Assembly: GCA_016182235.1 (NCBI GenBank)
Contig: JACOXT010000003.1
Location: 258,209 to 322,208 of the forward strand
Length of the DNA: 64,000 bases
Direction of reading: 5' to 3'
Origin: Candidatus Levyibacteriota bacterium
GTDB taxonomy: Bacteria; Patescibacteriota; Microgenomatia; Levybacterales; UBA12049
Position 1 is the stretch's first letter. Each line of letters starts with the position of its first letter. Below, piece by piece: positions 46,480 through 54,228 of this stretch. The notes under the pieces are model-generated. The model did not search any database and had not been told where the DNA came from. It saw nothing but the letters and a program-made list of their open reading frames with translations. The translations under genes were made by a program, and so were the position numbers.

Positions 46480-47622
46480 ATGAAAAGGAAAAGTATTTAC
46501 TCTTTAATTATTTTGGTTGCATTAGTTGCATTGGGATTGTCTGGTTTCTTCAACAAAGACTCATCTCTATCGGAACGCAAAGTTATCTGGAAACACAATC
46601 TAGAGACTAAAGGCATAATTAGAAGTGCTAATCTTTATGCAAAAGAAGATCTAATTTACGTGAGTAGTTATTACGGGCCTTTTTTACTTGAAATTGACAG
46701 TTCATCTGGACAGATAAAAAGAGAGTTTAAAGTAGGAGAAGGAATTAGGAGCTCAGATCTAACTGATAAAATTTTTTACTATAATACAATGGACAGATAT
46801 GACATAAAAAATAATTATATTCATGCTCTCGATATTTCTACAGGAGTTGAAAAGTGGACGCAAAAAATAGAAAACCCAGAAGAAGAATATGTCCCACTTT
46901 CTCTAAAAGCAGATGTCGGGAAAGTCTATCTTAATGAAGGATTCAGAAAAGTTCATGCTCTAGATAGTGAAAACGGAAAAAAATTATGGAGCTTCGGGAT
47001 TGAACTTTCTACAGAAAAGGTAATCAATGAGTCACCGCTTATAAGTACAGGAAAATCTGTAGTTATCTTGGGTTTTGATGATGGTATAGTGTATGCACTT
47101 GATTCAGAATCAGGCAAGGAATTATGGAAGTTTGACACTGATCATCCCAGGCATCCCAGGCCCGAGGAAATTCTAGTTACCAATAAGATAGTTTATGTTG
47201 CATCTTATAGCACTACTGGGGATACTGTTTATGCCCTCGATACTGAAACCGGACAGATTGAGTGGCAATTTTCAACCGATGGTAACCCAAACACTTCGAT
47301 GACATCTCATGAGGACATTTTATTTGTAGCAAAAGCACATGGGTATTTACATGCTGTTGATGGTAGGAGCGGCAAGGAATTATGGAAGTTTAAAACTGAC
47401 GATTTTCCTAGTAATCTTGTAGTTTCAGGCAATCGAATCTATTTTGGTAAAACTGAATATCGTGAACCGTTTCCCGCTGGGGGGCATATTTACGCTGTCG
47501 ATACTAAAAATGGAAGGCAAATATGGGACTATGAGACTCAAGGTACGATATCAGGCGTAGTTGCTACTAATGGTATTGGATACTTTTCTATAGGTAATGG
47601 AGAAATGATAGCAGTAAAATAA
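46480..47622 (+). CDS. PQQ-like beta-propeller repeat protein with an N-terminal anchor
   Basis: Repeated G(K/Q)ELWKF...(Y)ALD blades. ATG chosen 6 nt after TGGTATAAT; the track TTG start lies inside the promoter. Confidence 0.7.
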   Translation: MKRKSIYSLIILVALVALGLSGFFNKDSSLSERKVIWKHNLETKGIIRSANLYAKEDLIYVSSYYGPFLLEIDSSSGQIKREFKVGEGIRSSDLTDKIFYYNTMDRYDIKNNYIHALDISTGVEKWTQKIENPEEEYVPLSLKADVGKVYLNEGFRKVHALDSENGKKLWSFGIELSTEKVINESPLISTGKSVVILGFDDGIVYALDSESGKELWKFDTDHPRHPRPEEILVTNKIVYVASYSTTGDTVYALDTETGQIEWQFSTDGNPNTSMTSHEDILFVAKAHGYLHAVDGRSGKELWKFKTDDFPSNLVVSGNRIYFGKTEYREPFPAGGHIYAVDTKNGRQIWDYETQGTISGVVATNGIGYFSIGNGEMIAVK

Positions 47623-47867
47623 TTTTCGATATTATTTCCATAAAACCCCAGACTTAATTGAAAGTTCTTGTATGTGAATAGGTGATTGATACAATGACAC
47701 TTGTATTAATTTCGAGCAAAAATCGTGCGCACAAAAAAATAGCGGAGGCGCGGCGGGGGGCACATTCGGCAAGCTCAGTGTAAAGGCGCCGCGCAACATT
47801 ACAAGCCGAGCGGAGCGAGGCGAGATAACACATTGAGGTTCGACATTTTCGATAAGCGGCCAGCCAA

Positions 47868-48257
47868 ATGGCAACTGGGGTGAACCCAAGACTTCTTAAA
47901 GAAAAAATAATGCCTAAATTTGATATTCCGTTAGTTTTCTCCCAAATAGTTTCAGTTTATGATGTTCCTGACAAAGACAAGGGGAAACCGCATCCTTTTA
48001 TGGTAGAAAAGATTTTATCTGCACAACGCATTTCTGCGGAAGAAACTGTGCTTGTAGGAGATGCGAGAAACGACGTACTGATGGCAAGAGCAGCCGGTGT
48101 TACTCCAATTGTTGTGCTTACTGGTCATCTTAATGAGGCAGAAGCAAGAGGATTGGGAATTGCCCATATTATTCCAGATGTTACACATCTTGAGAGCGTA
48201 TTATCTCGCCTTCAGCGCTTGGAAGGACAAACAATAAATGGTAAGGAAAGACTGTAA
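47868..48257 (+). pseudogene. truncated duplicate of the HAD hydrolase gene (C-terminal ~128 codons only)
   Basis: Nucleotide-level similarity of roughly nine in ten positions (by eye) to 50337-50723. It lacks the N-terminal DxD catalytic motif, and homology breaks at ~47871 next to a GC-rich island. Confidence 0.65.
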
Positions 48258-48262
48258 AAGAA

Positions 48263-48297
48263 GGTAGCGAGGCTGTTTCACCTTCCAGGTGACGATC
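48263..48297 (+). repeat. cassette-boundary element, copy B
   Basis: GGTAGCGAGGCTGTTTCACCTTCCAGGTGACGATC, 5 nt after the stop of the truncated HAD gene. Confidence 0.6.
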
Positions 48298-48305
48298 TTT
48301 AGAGT

Positions 48306-48728
48306 TTATTGTGATTTGGGAAGGTCAAGGTTTTCTTCGATAGCATCAACGCGTTTTTCGAGTTTACCATGATGCATTATTACTTCAGAAAGAATTACAG
48401 ATATATCTTCCTGCGCTCTATCTAACTTTTTATCAACATTGTCAATCTTTGAGCTAAGTTTGTGATCTACGGCATCGATTTTTGAACTTAACCTTTTATC
48501 TACAATATCAATCTTTGAGCTTAACTTTTGATCTACAGCATCAATTCTTGAGCTGAGTTTGTGATCTACGACATCAATCTTTGAACTTAGATTTTTATCA
48601 ACATTATCAATCTTTGAGCTAAGGTTTTCATCTGCAAAATCGATCTTTGAACTTAGTCTATGATCGGTTACTCCAACTTCTTCTTTGACAATTACCCTAA
48701 TTTGCTGCAAGTCGTTTTTTGTTAACAT
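48306..48728 (-). CDS. coiled-coil-like protein built from eight 11-residue repeats (LSSKID-x-VD-x-K)
   Basis: 140 aa. Central HRLSSKIDFADENLSSKIDNVDKNLSSKIDVVDHKLSSRIDAVDQKLSSKIDIVDKRLSSKIDAVDHKLSSKIDNVDKKL. Confidence 0.6.
   Translation of the reverse strand: MLTKNDLQQIRVIVKEEVGVTDHRLSSKIDFADENLSSKIDNVDKNLSSKIDVVDHKLSSRIDAVDQKLSSKIDIVDKRLSSKIDAVDHKLSSKIDNVDKKLDRAQEDISVILSEVIMHHGKLEKRVDAIEENLDLPKSQ
48399..48668 (-). repeat. 33-bp tandem repeat array (about 8 units) encoding the 11-mer repeats
   Basis: The unit TCAATCTTTGAGCTAAGTTTGTGATCTACGGCA recurs with few substitutions. Confidence 0.8.
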
Positions 48729-48826
48729 ACAAGTACTATACTTTTTTTATGAAATTCTGTCAATCTATAAAATAGGTTCTAATGTATTCAAATACCCGCA
48801 GCCAAAATCTAAATCTAGCTATTCCA

Positions 48827-48860
48827 GGTGGCGAGGCTGTTTCACCTTCCAGGTGACGAT
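48827..48860 (+). repeat. cassette-boundary element, copy C
   Basis: GGTGGCGAGGCTGTTTCACCTTCCAGGTGACGAT; it differs from copy B at one position over 34 nt. Confidence 0.6.
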
Positions 48861-48966
48861 TTCACTCCTCTCCAGTATGCTCAAGATACATTCGTCAATG
48901 TCTTACCGATGTGGTCAGCCAGTACAATCTATTGACTAATAATTTGTAATATGAAAAACTGGACCT

Positions 48967-49890
48967 ATGGATCCAAATCAACAAGCTCAATCAATTCAAC
49001 CAGAAACTTTTCTGAAACCAGATTTACCACAACCAATTAATGAAATTCCTTCTTCGAGAAATAAATTGAAATTAATTTTGTTAATAATTACCCTTTTGGT
49101 TATAGTTGGACTGGGGACATATTATTTAAGCGTAAAACAAAATAAATTAAATCAACAAGTAACCATAACTCCCACTGTTGCTCAGCTATCCCCAACGCTG
49201 ATAGAGACAAATACGCAGCAGAAAAATATTAAAATATCTCCTTCTGTTCCATCCATAAAGCCATCCAACACGCCAATCCCTCCAACTTCTACCACAGCTC
49301 CAACTGCGATCCCATTAGGGATTTATATGCACTTACTTGACAATAAGACTGGAGAACCTATCTCAAGTGATGGGATAAGAATTACCATAAACGGAGAAGG
49401 ACTTAACAGAACTGTTGAAAATCAAGCAGAAGTTTATTTTGAGCTTTCCTCCCCCGGAACTTATGAAGTTATTCCAAATAGTCCATCAAAATATCAACCC
49501 GATGTAGTTTATTGCAATGACAATAGTAAATGCTTTGCTACTTCGTCCGTATTTTGCGGTACAAAAGTAATAATCACTCAAGGAAAAATTGACGTTTGGT
49601 GTAAATATGAATATTTGGATGATGTTAATCTTAGCTCAATAGACCCTAACTCTGGATCGGTTGGAAGCGCAATTACCCTTCGAGGATCCGGATTTGGTAC
49701 ATCAAAAGGATCTGTCAGTTTTTATAATTCAAACGGGCAAGCTTCAGGAGGAGCACCAATAACCAGCTGGACTGACATAGAAATAAAAGCCAATGTTCCA
49801 GGAATTCTTGCAGGAAATTCTACTTATCAGGTTGAAGTTGAAAGTTATTATGGATTCAAAAGCAACAGAGCTACTTTTACTGTTAAATAA
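48967..49890 (+). CDS. membrane-anchored protein with a Pro/Thr-rich linker and a C-terminal IPT/TIG-like domain
   Basis: N-terminal TM segment, PT-rich spacer, and a C-terminal SIDPNSGSVGSAITLRGSGFG...VSFYN...YQVEVES pattern typical of IPT/TIG. Confidence 0.55.
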   Translation: MDPNQQAQSIQPETFLKPDLPQPINEIPSSRNKLKLILLIITLLVIVGLGTYYLSVKQNKLNQQVTITPTVAQLSPTLIETNTQQKNIKISPSVPSIKPSNTPIPPTSTTAPTAIPLGIYMHLLDNKTGEPISSDGIRITINGEGLNRTVENQAEVYFELSSPGTYEVIPNSPSKYQPDVVYCNDNSKCFATSSVFCGTKVIITQGKIDVWCKYEYLDDVNLSSIDPNSGSVGSAITLRGSGFGTSKGSVSFYNSNGQASGGAPITSWTDIEIKANVPGILAGNSTYQVEVESYYGFKSNRATFTVK

Positions 49891-49916
49891 ATTAAACTAT
49901 CATCCTTAAAGAATTA

Positions 49917-49950
49917 GGTGGCGAGGGTGTTTCTCCTTTCAAGCGGAGAC
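49917..49950 (+). repeat. cassette-boundary element, copy D (compensatory stem variant)
   Basis: GGTGGCGAGGGTGTTTCTCCTTTCAAGCGGAGAC; the stem is TCTCC/GGAGA instead of TCACC/GGTGA. Confidence 0.55.
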
Positions 49951-50009
49951 TTCTATCGTAGAAAAAAACAGATTCTGGCTGCTAGCGATGAATTTGATAT
50001 AATCGCGTT

Positions 50010-50723
50010 ATGATCAAGCTTATAATATTTGATTGGGATGATGTCTTTACTAAGGGCTCAACAGAAGGTTACTTTAGATCTTATCATCAAGCGTTAGTTT
50101 CTGTTGGAGTAAATTTAAGTCCAGAAGAAGAGAAAAAAAGAATTTTAGCCAAATGGGGTTCTCCTGTTGAAGAAGAATTAGGCGAACTATTGCAAGAGCA
50201 CCCGCAGCTTCTTGATGAAGCTGTAGTCAATTACGAAAGAATTCTTTTTAGTAATACGTTTGTCGATTGCCTTTCTCTCGTTGAAGGAGCACGATCATTA
50301 TTAAAGCGACTAAGCGAAAATTATACACTTACTGTTGCGACTGGTATAAATCCAAGACTTCTAAAAGAGAAAATAATGCCTAAATTTGATATTCCGCCAG
50401 TTTTCTCCCAAATAGTATCAGTTTATGATGTTCCTGACAAAGACAAAGGAAAACCACACCCTTTTATGGTAGAGCAGATTTTGACTGCGCAACATGTGCT
50501 ACCAGAAGAAGCTGTGCTTGTAGGAGATGCGAGAAACGACGTACTGATGGCAAGAGCAGCGGGTGTCACTCCAATAGTGGTATTAACTGGTCATTTGAAT
50601 GAGACAGAAGCAAGAGAAATGGGAATTCCCCATATTATTCCAGATGTTACACATCTTGAGAGAGTATTATCTCACCTTCAGCGCCTGGAAGGACAAACAA
50701 TAAATGGTAAGGAAAGACTGTAA
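50010..50723 (+). CDS. HAD-superfamily hydrolase (phosphoglycolate phosphatase-like)
   Basis: Motif I IIFDWDDVF and motif IV VGDARNDVLMA. TATAAT lies 6 nt upstream of the ATG. Confidence 0.8.
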   Translation: MIKLIIFDWDDVFTKGSTEGYFRSYHQALVSVGVNLSPEEEKKRILAKWGSPVEEELGELLQEHPQLLDEAVVNYERILFSNTFVDCLSLVEGARSLLKRLSENYTLTVATGINPRLLKEKIMPKFDIPPVFSQIVSVYDVPDKDKGKPHPFMVEQILTAQHVLPEEAVLVGDARNDVLMARAAGVTPIVVLTGHLNETEAREMGIPHIIPDVTHLERVLSHLQRLEGQTINGKERL

Positions 50724-50752
50724 AACCGATACAGTCAAATATTATTAATTCT

Positions 50753-51277
50753 ATGGAAATCATCAGGGCAAAACACTTTATTCTACGGCCTTTTAAAAAG
50801 GGTGATGAGGAGTCGCTGGTAAAAAATATTAACAGCAAAAATATTTATCGTGCAACTCTTAATATTCCATATCCGTATACAATGAAGGACGCACTGCAAT
50901 GGATAAAGAAAAATGAAGATCTTCAAAAACAAACTTCTAGAACGTCAATTAATTTCGCTATTGACATTAAGGGAGATATTGTAGGAGGCATTGGTTTATC
51001 ATATATAGAAAGTTATAAGGCAGAGATTGGATATTGGCTTACAGAATCTTATTGGGGAAAAGGAATCGTGACAAAAGCAATAGGAAAAATAACTCAATTT
51101 GGGTTCGAACATTTAGGACTGAAACGGATTTATGCTGATGTGTTTTCTTTTAACAAAGCATCAATGAGAGTGTTGGAAAAGAATGACTATCAGCTCGAAG
51201 GTATACTTAGAAAAAATGTTTTAAAAGATGATAGATTGTTAGATGAATACCTTTACGCAAAAATTGTTAAAGGGTAG
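50753..51277 (+). CDS. GNAT N-acetyltransferase (RimJ/RimL-like)
   Basis: FAIDIKGDIVGGIGL...WGKGIVTKAI...N..S.RVLEKNDYQLEG pattern. Confidence 0.8.
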   Translation: MEIIRAKHFILRPFKKGDEESLVKNINSKNIYRATLNIPYPYTMKDALQWIKKNEDLQKQTSRTSINFAIDIKGDIVGGIGLSYIESYKAEIGYWLTESYWGKGIVTKAIGKITQFGFEHLGLKRIYADVFSFNKASMRVLEKNDYQLEGILRKNVLKDDRLLDEYLYAKIVKG

Positions 51278-51324
51278 TAGCGGGGCTATTTCACCTTCCA
51301 AGTGACGATCTGCAGGTGACAATC
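51272..51324 (+). repeat. cassette-boundary element, copy E (overlaps the GNAT stop codon; extra GGTGACAATC half-repeat)
   Basis: GGGTAGTAGCGGGGCTATTTCACCTTCCAAGTGACGATCTGCAGGTGACAATC. Confidence 0.55.
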
Positions 51325-51358
51325 TCACATTACTCGTATAAAATAAACTTAATGTAAA

Positions 51359-52462
51359 ATGAGATCTCACGAGTTTGAGTCTATAAACCTTGAAAGATCT
51401 AATACTAATATAAGCATTACCAGGGACTTAAGGGAAAAGTGCTTTATTAAAGATGGGTCTCCTTTATGGTGGGGTACTGATCATGCTCCCGATCCCAGAG
51501 AATATATTTCATTCGATGAATTTATAGGAAGGTTAGTCTATTTAGGTAATTGTCGTGTAACATCTTCCGATGCTGCGCTACTAGGATTGCCATCTAGGGA
51601 GAAAGATGTATACTTATATCCTGATCCACGAGTGCCAATATCTGTTATTGAATTGGACGTTAATGGTCAAAACTTGCCATTGTTGATAACTGTAAGGCCC
51701 TACCATGAGAAAGAACTTGATTCTAGTCCATTTCCTGTCTTTCTGAATGAACACAGATCTATAGAGGAACTTCCTGATTATATTACTTCAGGTGGAGTTA
51801 TAAACCTTCCAGAGCATTTTTTTCCTCATATAAGAGGTTTGTTTGTTGGTAAAAGAGGAAATAATCATTTTTGGTACCCACTGCATACAAGTAGTTGGAG
51901 AGATTTTGGTAGAGACATTGAACAAGCTTTAGCGGAAAAGAAGCTATCTTTTATTGGGCTATATCAACCTCCCATGTCAGACGAAAGAACTTATGGCGAA
52001 GTCTGGAATGAATTAAAAGGAAAAGGTGATTTGGTTGAACAGAGAAGCCCAAAATGGATAGATTTTCCTAGCGTTGAAGTATCTGTTGAGGAATTTATTA
52101 AAGATCATCAAAGATCTGATTTGTTGCTTTTTTATCCCATACGACTTGAAGGTATAGATAATACCTTGCCACTAGTAATTACTTCAAAGACGCACAAAGA
52201 AAGTAAAGTTAGAAGACCAATTGTATTAGGTATTTATGCGGAGAATGGTTTAAGCGGAAGATCTAGGAGGAGTGGAATACTACGAATAAAACAACTACAA
52301 CTTGCAGAAGATATAAGTAGAGTTATTTCTGAGGATTTTGGAATTCCGGTGGATACTTTACTATTCACTCCTCAAAAAGGAAGACCAAAGTATCAACGTG
52401 TCTCTTCTACAACTTTGGATAGCGAGGTTGTTTCTCCTATTTTAGGTGTGGGGTGTAAATGA
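51359..52462 (+). CDS. hypothetical protein (orphan, 367 aa)
   Basis: Long ORF with no motif I recognise. Its stop overlaps the next start (ATGA). Confidence 0.45.
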   Translation: MRSHEFESINLERSNTNISITRDLREKCFIKDGSPLWWGTDHAPDPREYISFDEFIGRLVYLGNCRVTSSDAALLGLPSREKDVYLYPDPRVPISVIELDVNGQNLPLLITVRPYHEKELDSSPFPVFLNEHRSIEELPDYITSGGVINLPEHFFPHIRGLFVGKRGNNHFWYPLHTSSWRDFGRDIEQALAEKKLSFIGLYQPPMSDERTYGEVWNELKGKGDLVEQRSPKWIDFPSVEVSVEEFIKDHQRSDLLLFYPIRLEGIDNTLPLVITSKTHKESKVRRPIVLGIYAENGLSGRSRRSGILRIKQLQLAEDISRVISEDFGIPVDTLLFTPQKGRPKYQRVSSTTLDSEVVSPILGVGCK

Positions 52463-52908
52463 ATAAGAGCAACAAAACAATAACGATCTGCTCTAGTGCC
52501 TCGTTTTACAAAGATGTACTTGAGATTGAGAGAAAGCTTAAGAAATTAGGATTTCAAGTTAAGATCCCCCAAACTGCATACAAGATGCAAAAAAGCGGAA
52601 ATTTTAAGGTTGAGGATTATAAAACTTGGTTTAGAAATAAGGATGACTATAGGAGAAAGACAAAGCTTATGAATGATCATTTCAAGAAAGTAATTCAGGG
52701 AGACGCCATTCTTGTAATAAATAAAGAAAAGAAGGGAATCGCAGGATATATAGGAGGAAATACTTTAATGGAAATGACTTTAGCTTATTATCATAAAAAG
52801 AAGATTTTTATATGGGATGAGATTGATAGTAGCTTGCCTATTGAAGAAGAAGTAAGAGGGTTGAATCCAATCTTTGTTGAGAAGAATTTATCAAGAATTA
52901 TTATCTAG
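52459..52908 (+). CDS. nucleoside 2-deoxyribosyltransferase-like (NDT/DUF4406-type Rossmannoid) protein candidate
   Basis: ITICSSASF N-terminal strand, DAILVIN, and GYIGGNTLMEMTLAYYHKKKIF (G..T..E...A). This resembles the NDT-like superfamily layout. Recognition by eye only. Confidence 0.4.
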   Translation: MNKSNKTITICSSASFYKDVLEIERKLKKLGFQVKIPQTAYKMQKSGNFKVEDYKTWFRNKDDYRRKTKLMNDHFKKVIQGDAILVINKEKKGIAGYIGGNTLMEMTLAYYHKKKIFIWDEIDSSLPIEEEVRGLNPIFVEKNLSRIII

Positions 52909-52966
52909 TGATGTATAACAACTTTATGGATTTGGCGAAGAGGCATTGTGTGTCGAGAGGAGGAAT

Positions 52967-54052
52967 CTAGAACCAGCGCCTGTATTTGAAATACCAAAGC
53001 ATAGGAAGAACAGGCAGTATTGCTCCTAAAATAACAAGAATAAACATTGTATAAGGTCCAAAGAAATTCCAAGATCCGGTTTGTATTCCTCCGGGTAGGA
53101 AAACGTTCATTCCGTAAAAGGTTCCTATGACTGTAGCAGGAACGGTAAGCGTAAAAAGTATAGTCAGAACCGTCATAATTTCATTGGTTCTTGATCTTAA
53201 CAAGAATTCATTGCTTTCCGATATGCCCTCTATTAACTCTTTGCTATCTTCAAGTCTATGACCTATTTTTTTTAAATGGTCATGAACATTACTCCAATAA
53301 GACGTCATATTGCCGTTTAATGTTCTATATTCGCCTGCCTCAAGATGTTTAAAAAGAGGCAGAATTGGTTTTATCATAGTGTGGAAAAAAACAAGGTTTC
53401 GTCTGGTGATAGAGATTTCCTCAAGAGCTGTTTTGGTTCTTTTGTTTTCGAGCTCCTGGTCAATTTTTTCGATCATTACAATAAGTTCGTTGATTATCGG
53501 AAAGCAGTTGTCTACGAGCGCATCAATTATTTTATATGCAAGAAATACGCTTCCCTGGCCCATAAAGTAGTCCCTATTATGAAGAGTTTTTTGACATTGA
53601 GAAAAAATATGGTTGATAGGAGTAAGGACCCCTTCATGAAGAACTACAATGTATTCTTTTCCAATAAATAAATTGACATGGGATGTTAGAATTCTTCTAG
53701 CGCTAACTGAGGTGAAATGAAAAATTGGCAAAGAGGAAAGAGCCGCATGAGGAATATTGAGAAGCTGCGCTATTGAATGTCTGTATCCTTTTTCATTATT
53801 GCCGTTTCCATTACCATTTGTAGCATTTGAATTTACGCCGTTGCCGTTTTGTTTAAAAAAAGGAAAATCCAAAACAATAAGAGTATAATTTGGATACTCT
53901 TGTATTTTTGGCACTTGAGTTCTATGAATATAGTCTTCGAGATCCAAAGAATTGAAGCCAAAGTTTTTCTTGAGATCTTTAATCTCGAGTTCATGCGGAT
54001 TGGTTACATCTACGAATGAAAACTTATTAAAGTTAACTGTTTGAGCGTTCAT
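52967..54052 (-). CDS. corA: magnesium/cobalt transporter CorA
   Basis: C-terminal two TM segments with the YGMNV (GMN) motif; 361 aa; an Asn/Gly-rich insertion near residue 70. Confidence 0.85.
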   Translation of the reverse strand: MNAQTVNFNKFSFVDVTNPHELEIKDLKKNFGFNSLDLEDYIHRTQVPKIQEYPNYTLIVLDFPFFKQNGNGVNSNATNGNGNGNNEKGYRHSIAQLLNIPHAALSSLPIFHFTSVSARRILTSHVNLFIGKEYIVVLHEGVLTPINHIFSQCQKTLHNRDYFMGQGSVFLAYKIIDALVDNCFPIINELIVMIEKIDQELENKRTKTALEEISITRRNLVFFHTMIKPILPLFKHLEAGEYRTLNGNMTSYWSNVHDHLKKIGHRLEDSKELIEGISESNEFLLRSRTNEIMTVLTILFTLTVPATVIGTFYGMNVFLPGGIQTGSWNFFGPYTMFILVILGAILPVLPMLWYFKYRRWF

Positions 54053-54193
54053 TAAAGAGTACTATATTTAAATATTAGACCTAACTAGCTATTTGTCAAT
54101 CCCTAAATTTCTATTGACCAAATGTGAATTTTATATTATAGTTTGTTAAAAGGCAAGCATAACCTAAACAGTGTCGGAATCTATTATAGGCTA

Positions 54194-54222
54194 TTGACAA
54201 TTAGCAGATGTTATGCTAGATT
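54194..54222 (+). promoter_or_regulatory. promoter of lon (TTGACA-N17-TAGATT), 6 nt before the ATG
   Basis: The hexamers were read directly and there is no Shine-Dalgarno sequence. A second TTGACC-N17-TATAGT lies ~80 nt upstream. Confidence 0.5.
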
Positions 54223-54228
54223 GCTAAT

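Noticed and set aside
47632-47889. 85-aa minus-strand ORF across the GC-rich island.
   Set aside because: It is Pro/Ala-rich low-complexity translation of the GC-rich segment, with no start context. I treat the DNA as non-coding (see the finding).
48685-48939. 84-aa plus-strand ORF reading through boundary element C.
   Set aside because: It overlaps the 5' end of the repeat-protein gene and the repeat element. It has an implausible Cys/Phe/Ser-rich composition.
46405-51324. Reading the ~35-nt boundary elements as integron attC sites, tRNA-Ser/Glu fragments or a known small RNA.
   Set aside because: There is no RYYYAAC/GTTRRRY core pair and no intI in the window. The resemblance to the tRNA-Glu anticodon arm (TTCACCTT..AGGTGACG) is limited to the stem, the loop is too short (3 nt) for a tRNA arm, and no T arm follows. 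I keep them as an unexplained repeat family.
53786-53848. Asn/Gly-rich insertion (NGNGVNSNATNGNGNGNNEKG) in CorA.
   Set aside because: A low-complexity loop insertion in the soluble N-domain. It is in frame and has no repeat-element signature, so it is noted only as a curiosity.
54100-54200. Possible CtsR or HrcA (CIRCE) heat-shock operator upstream of lon, suggested by the repeated CTATTGAC motifs.
   Set aside because: The sequence fits neither the CtsR heptad direct repeat (A/GGTCAAA-NAN-A/GGTCAAA) nor the CIRCE inverted repeat. The motifs are better explained as two tandem -35 boxes.
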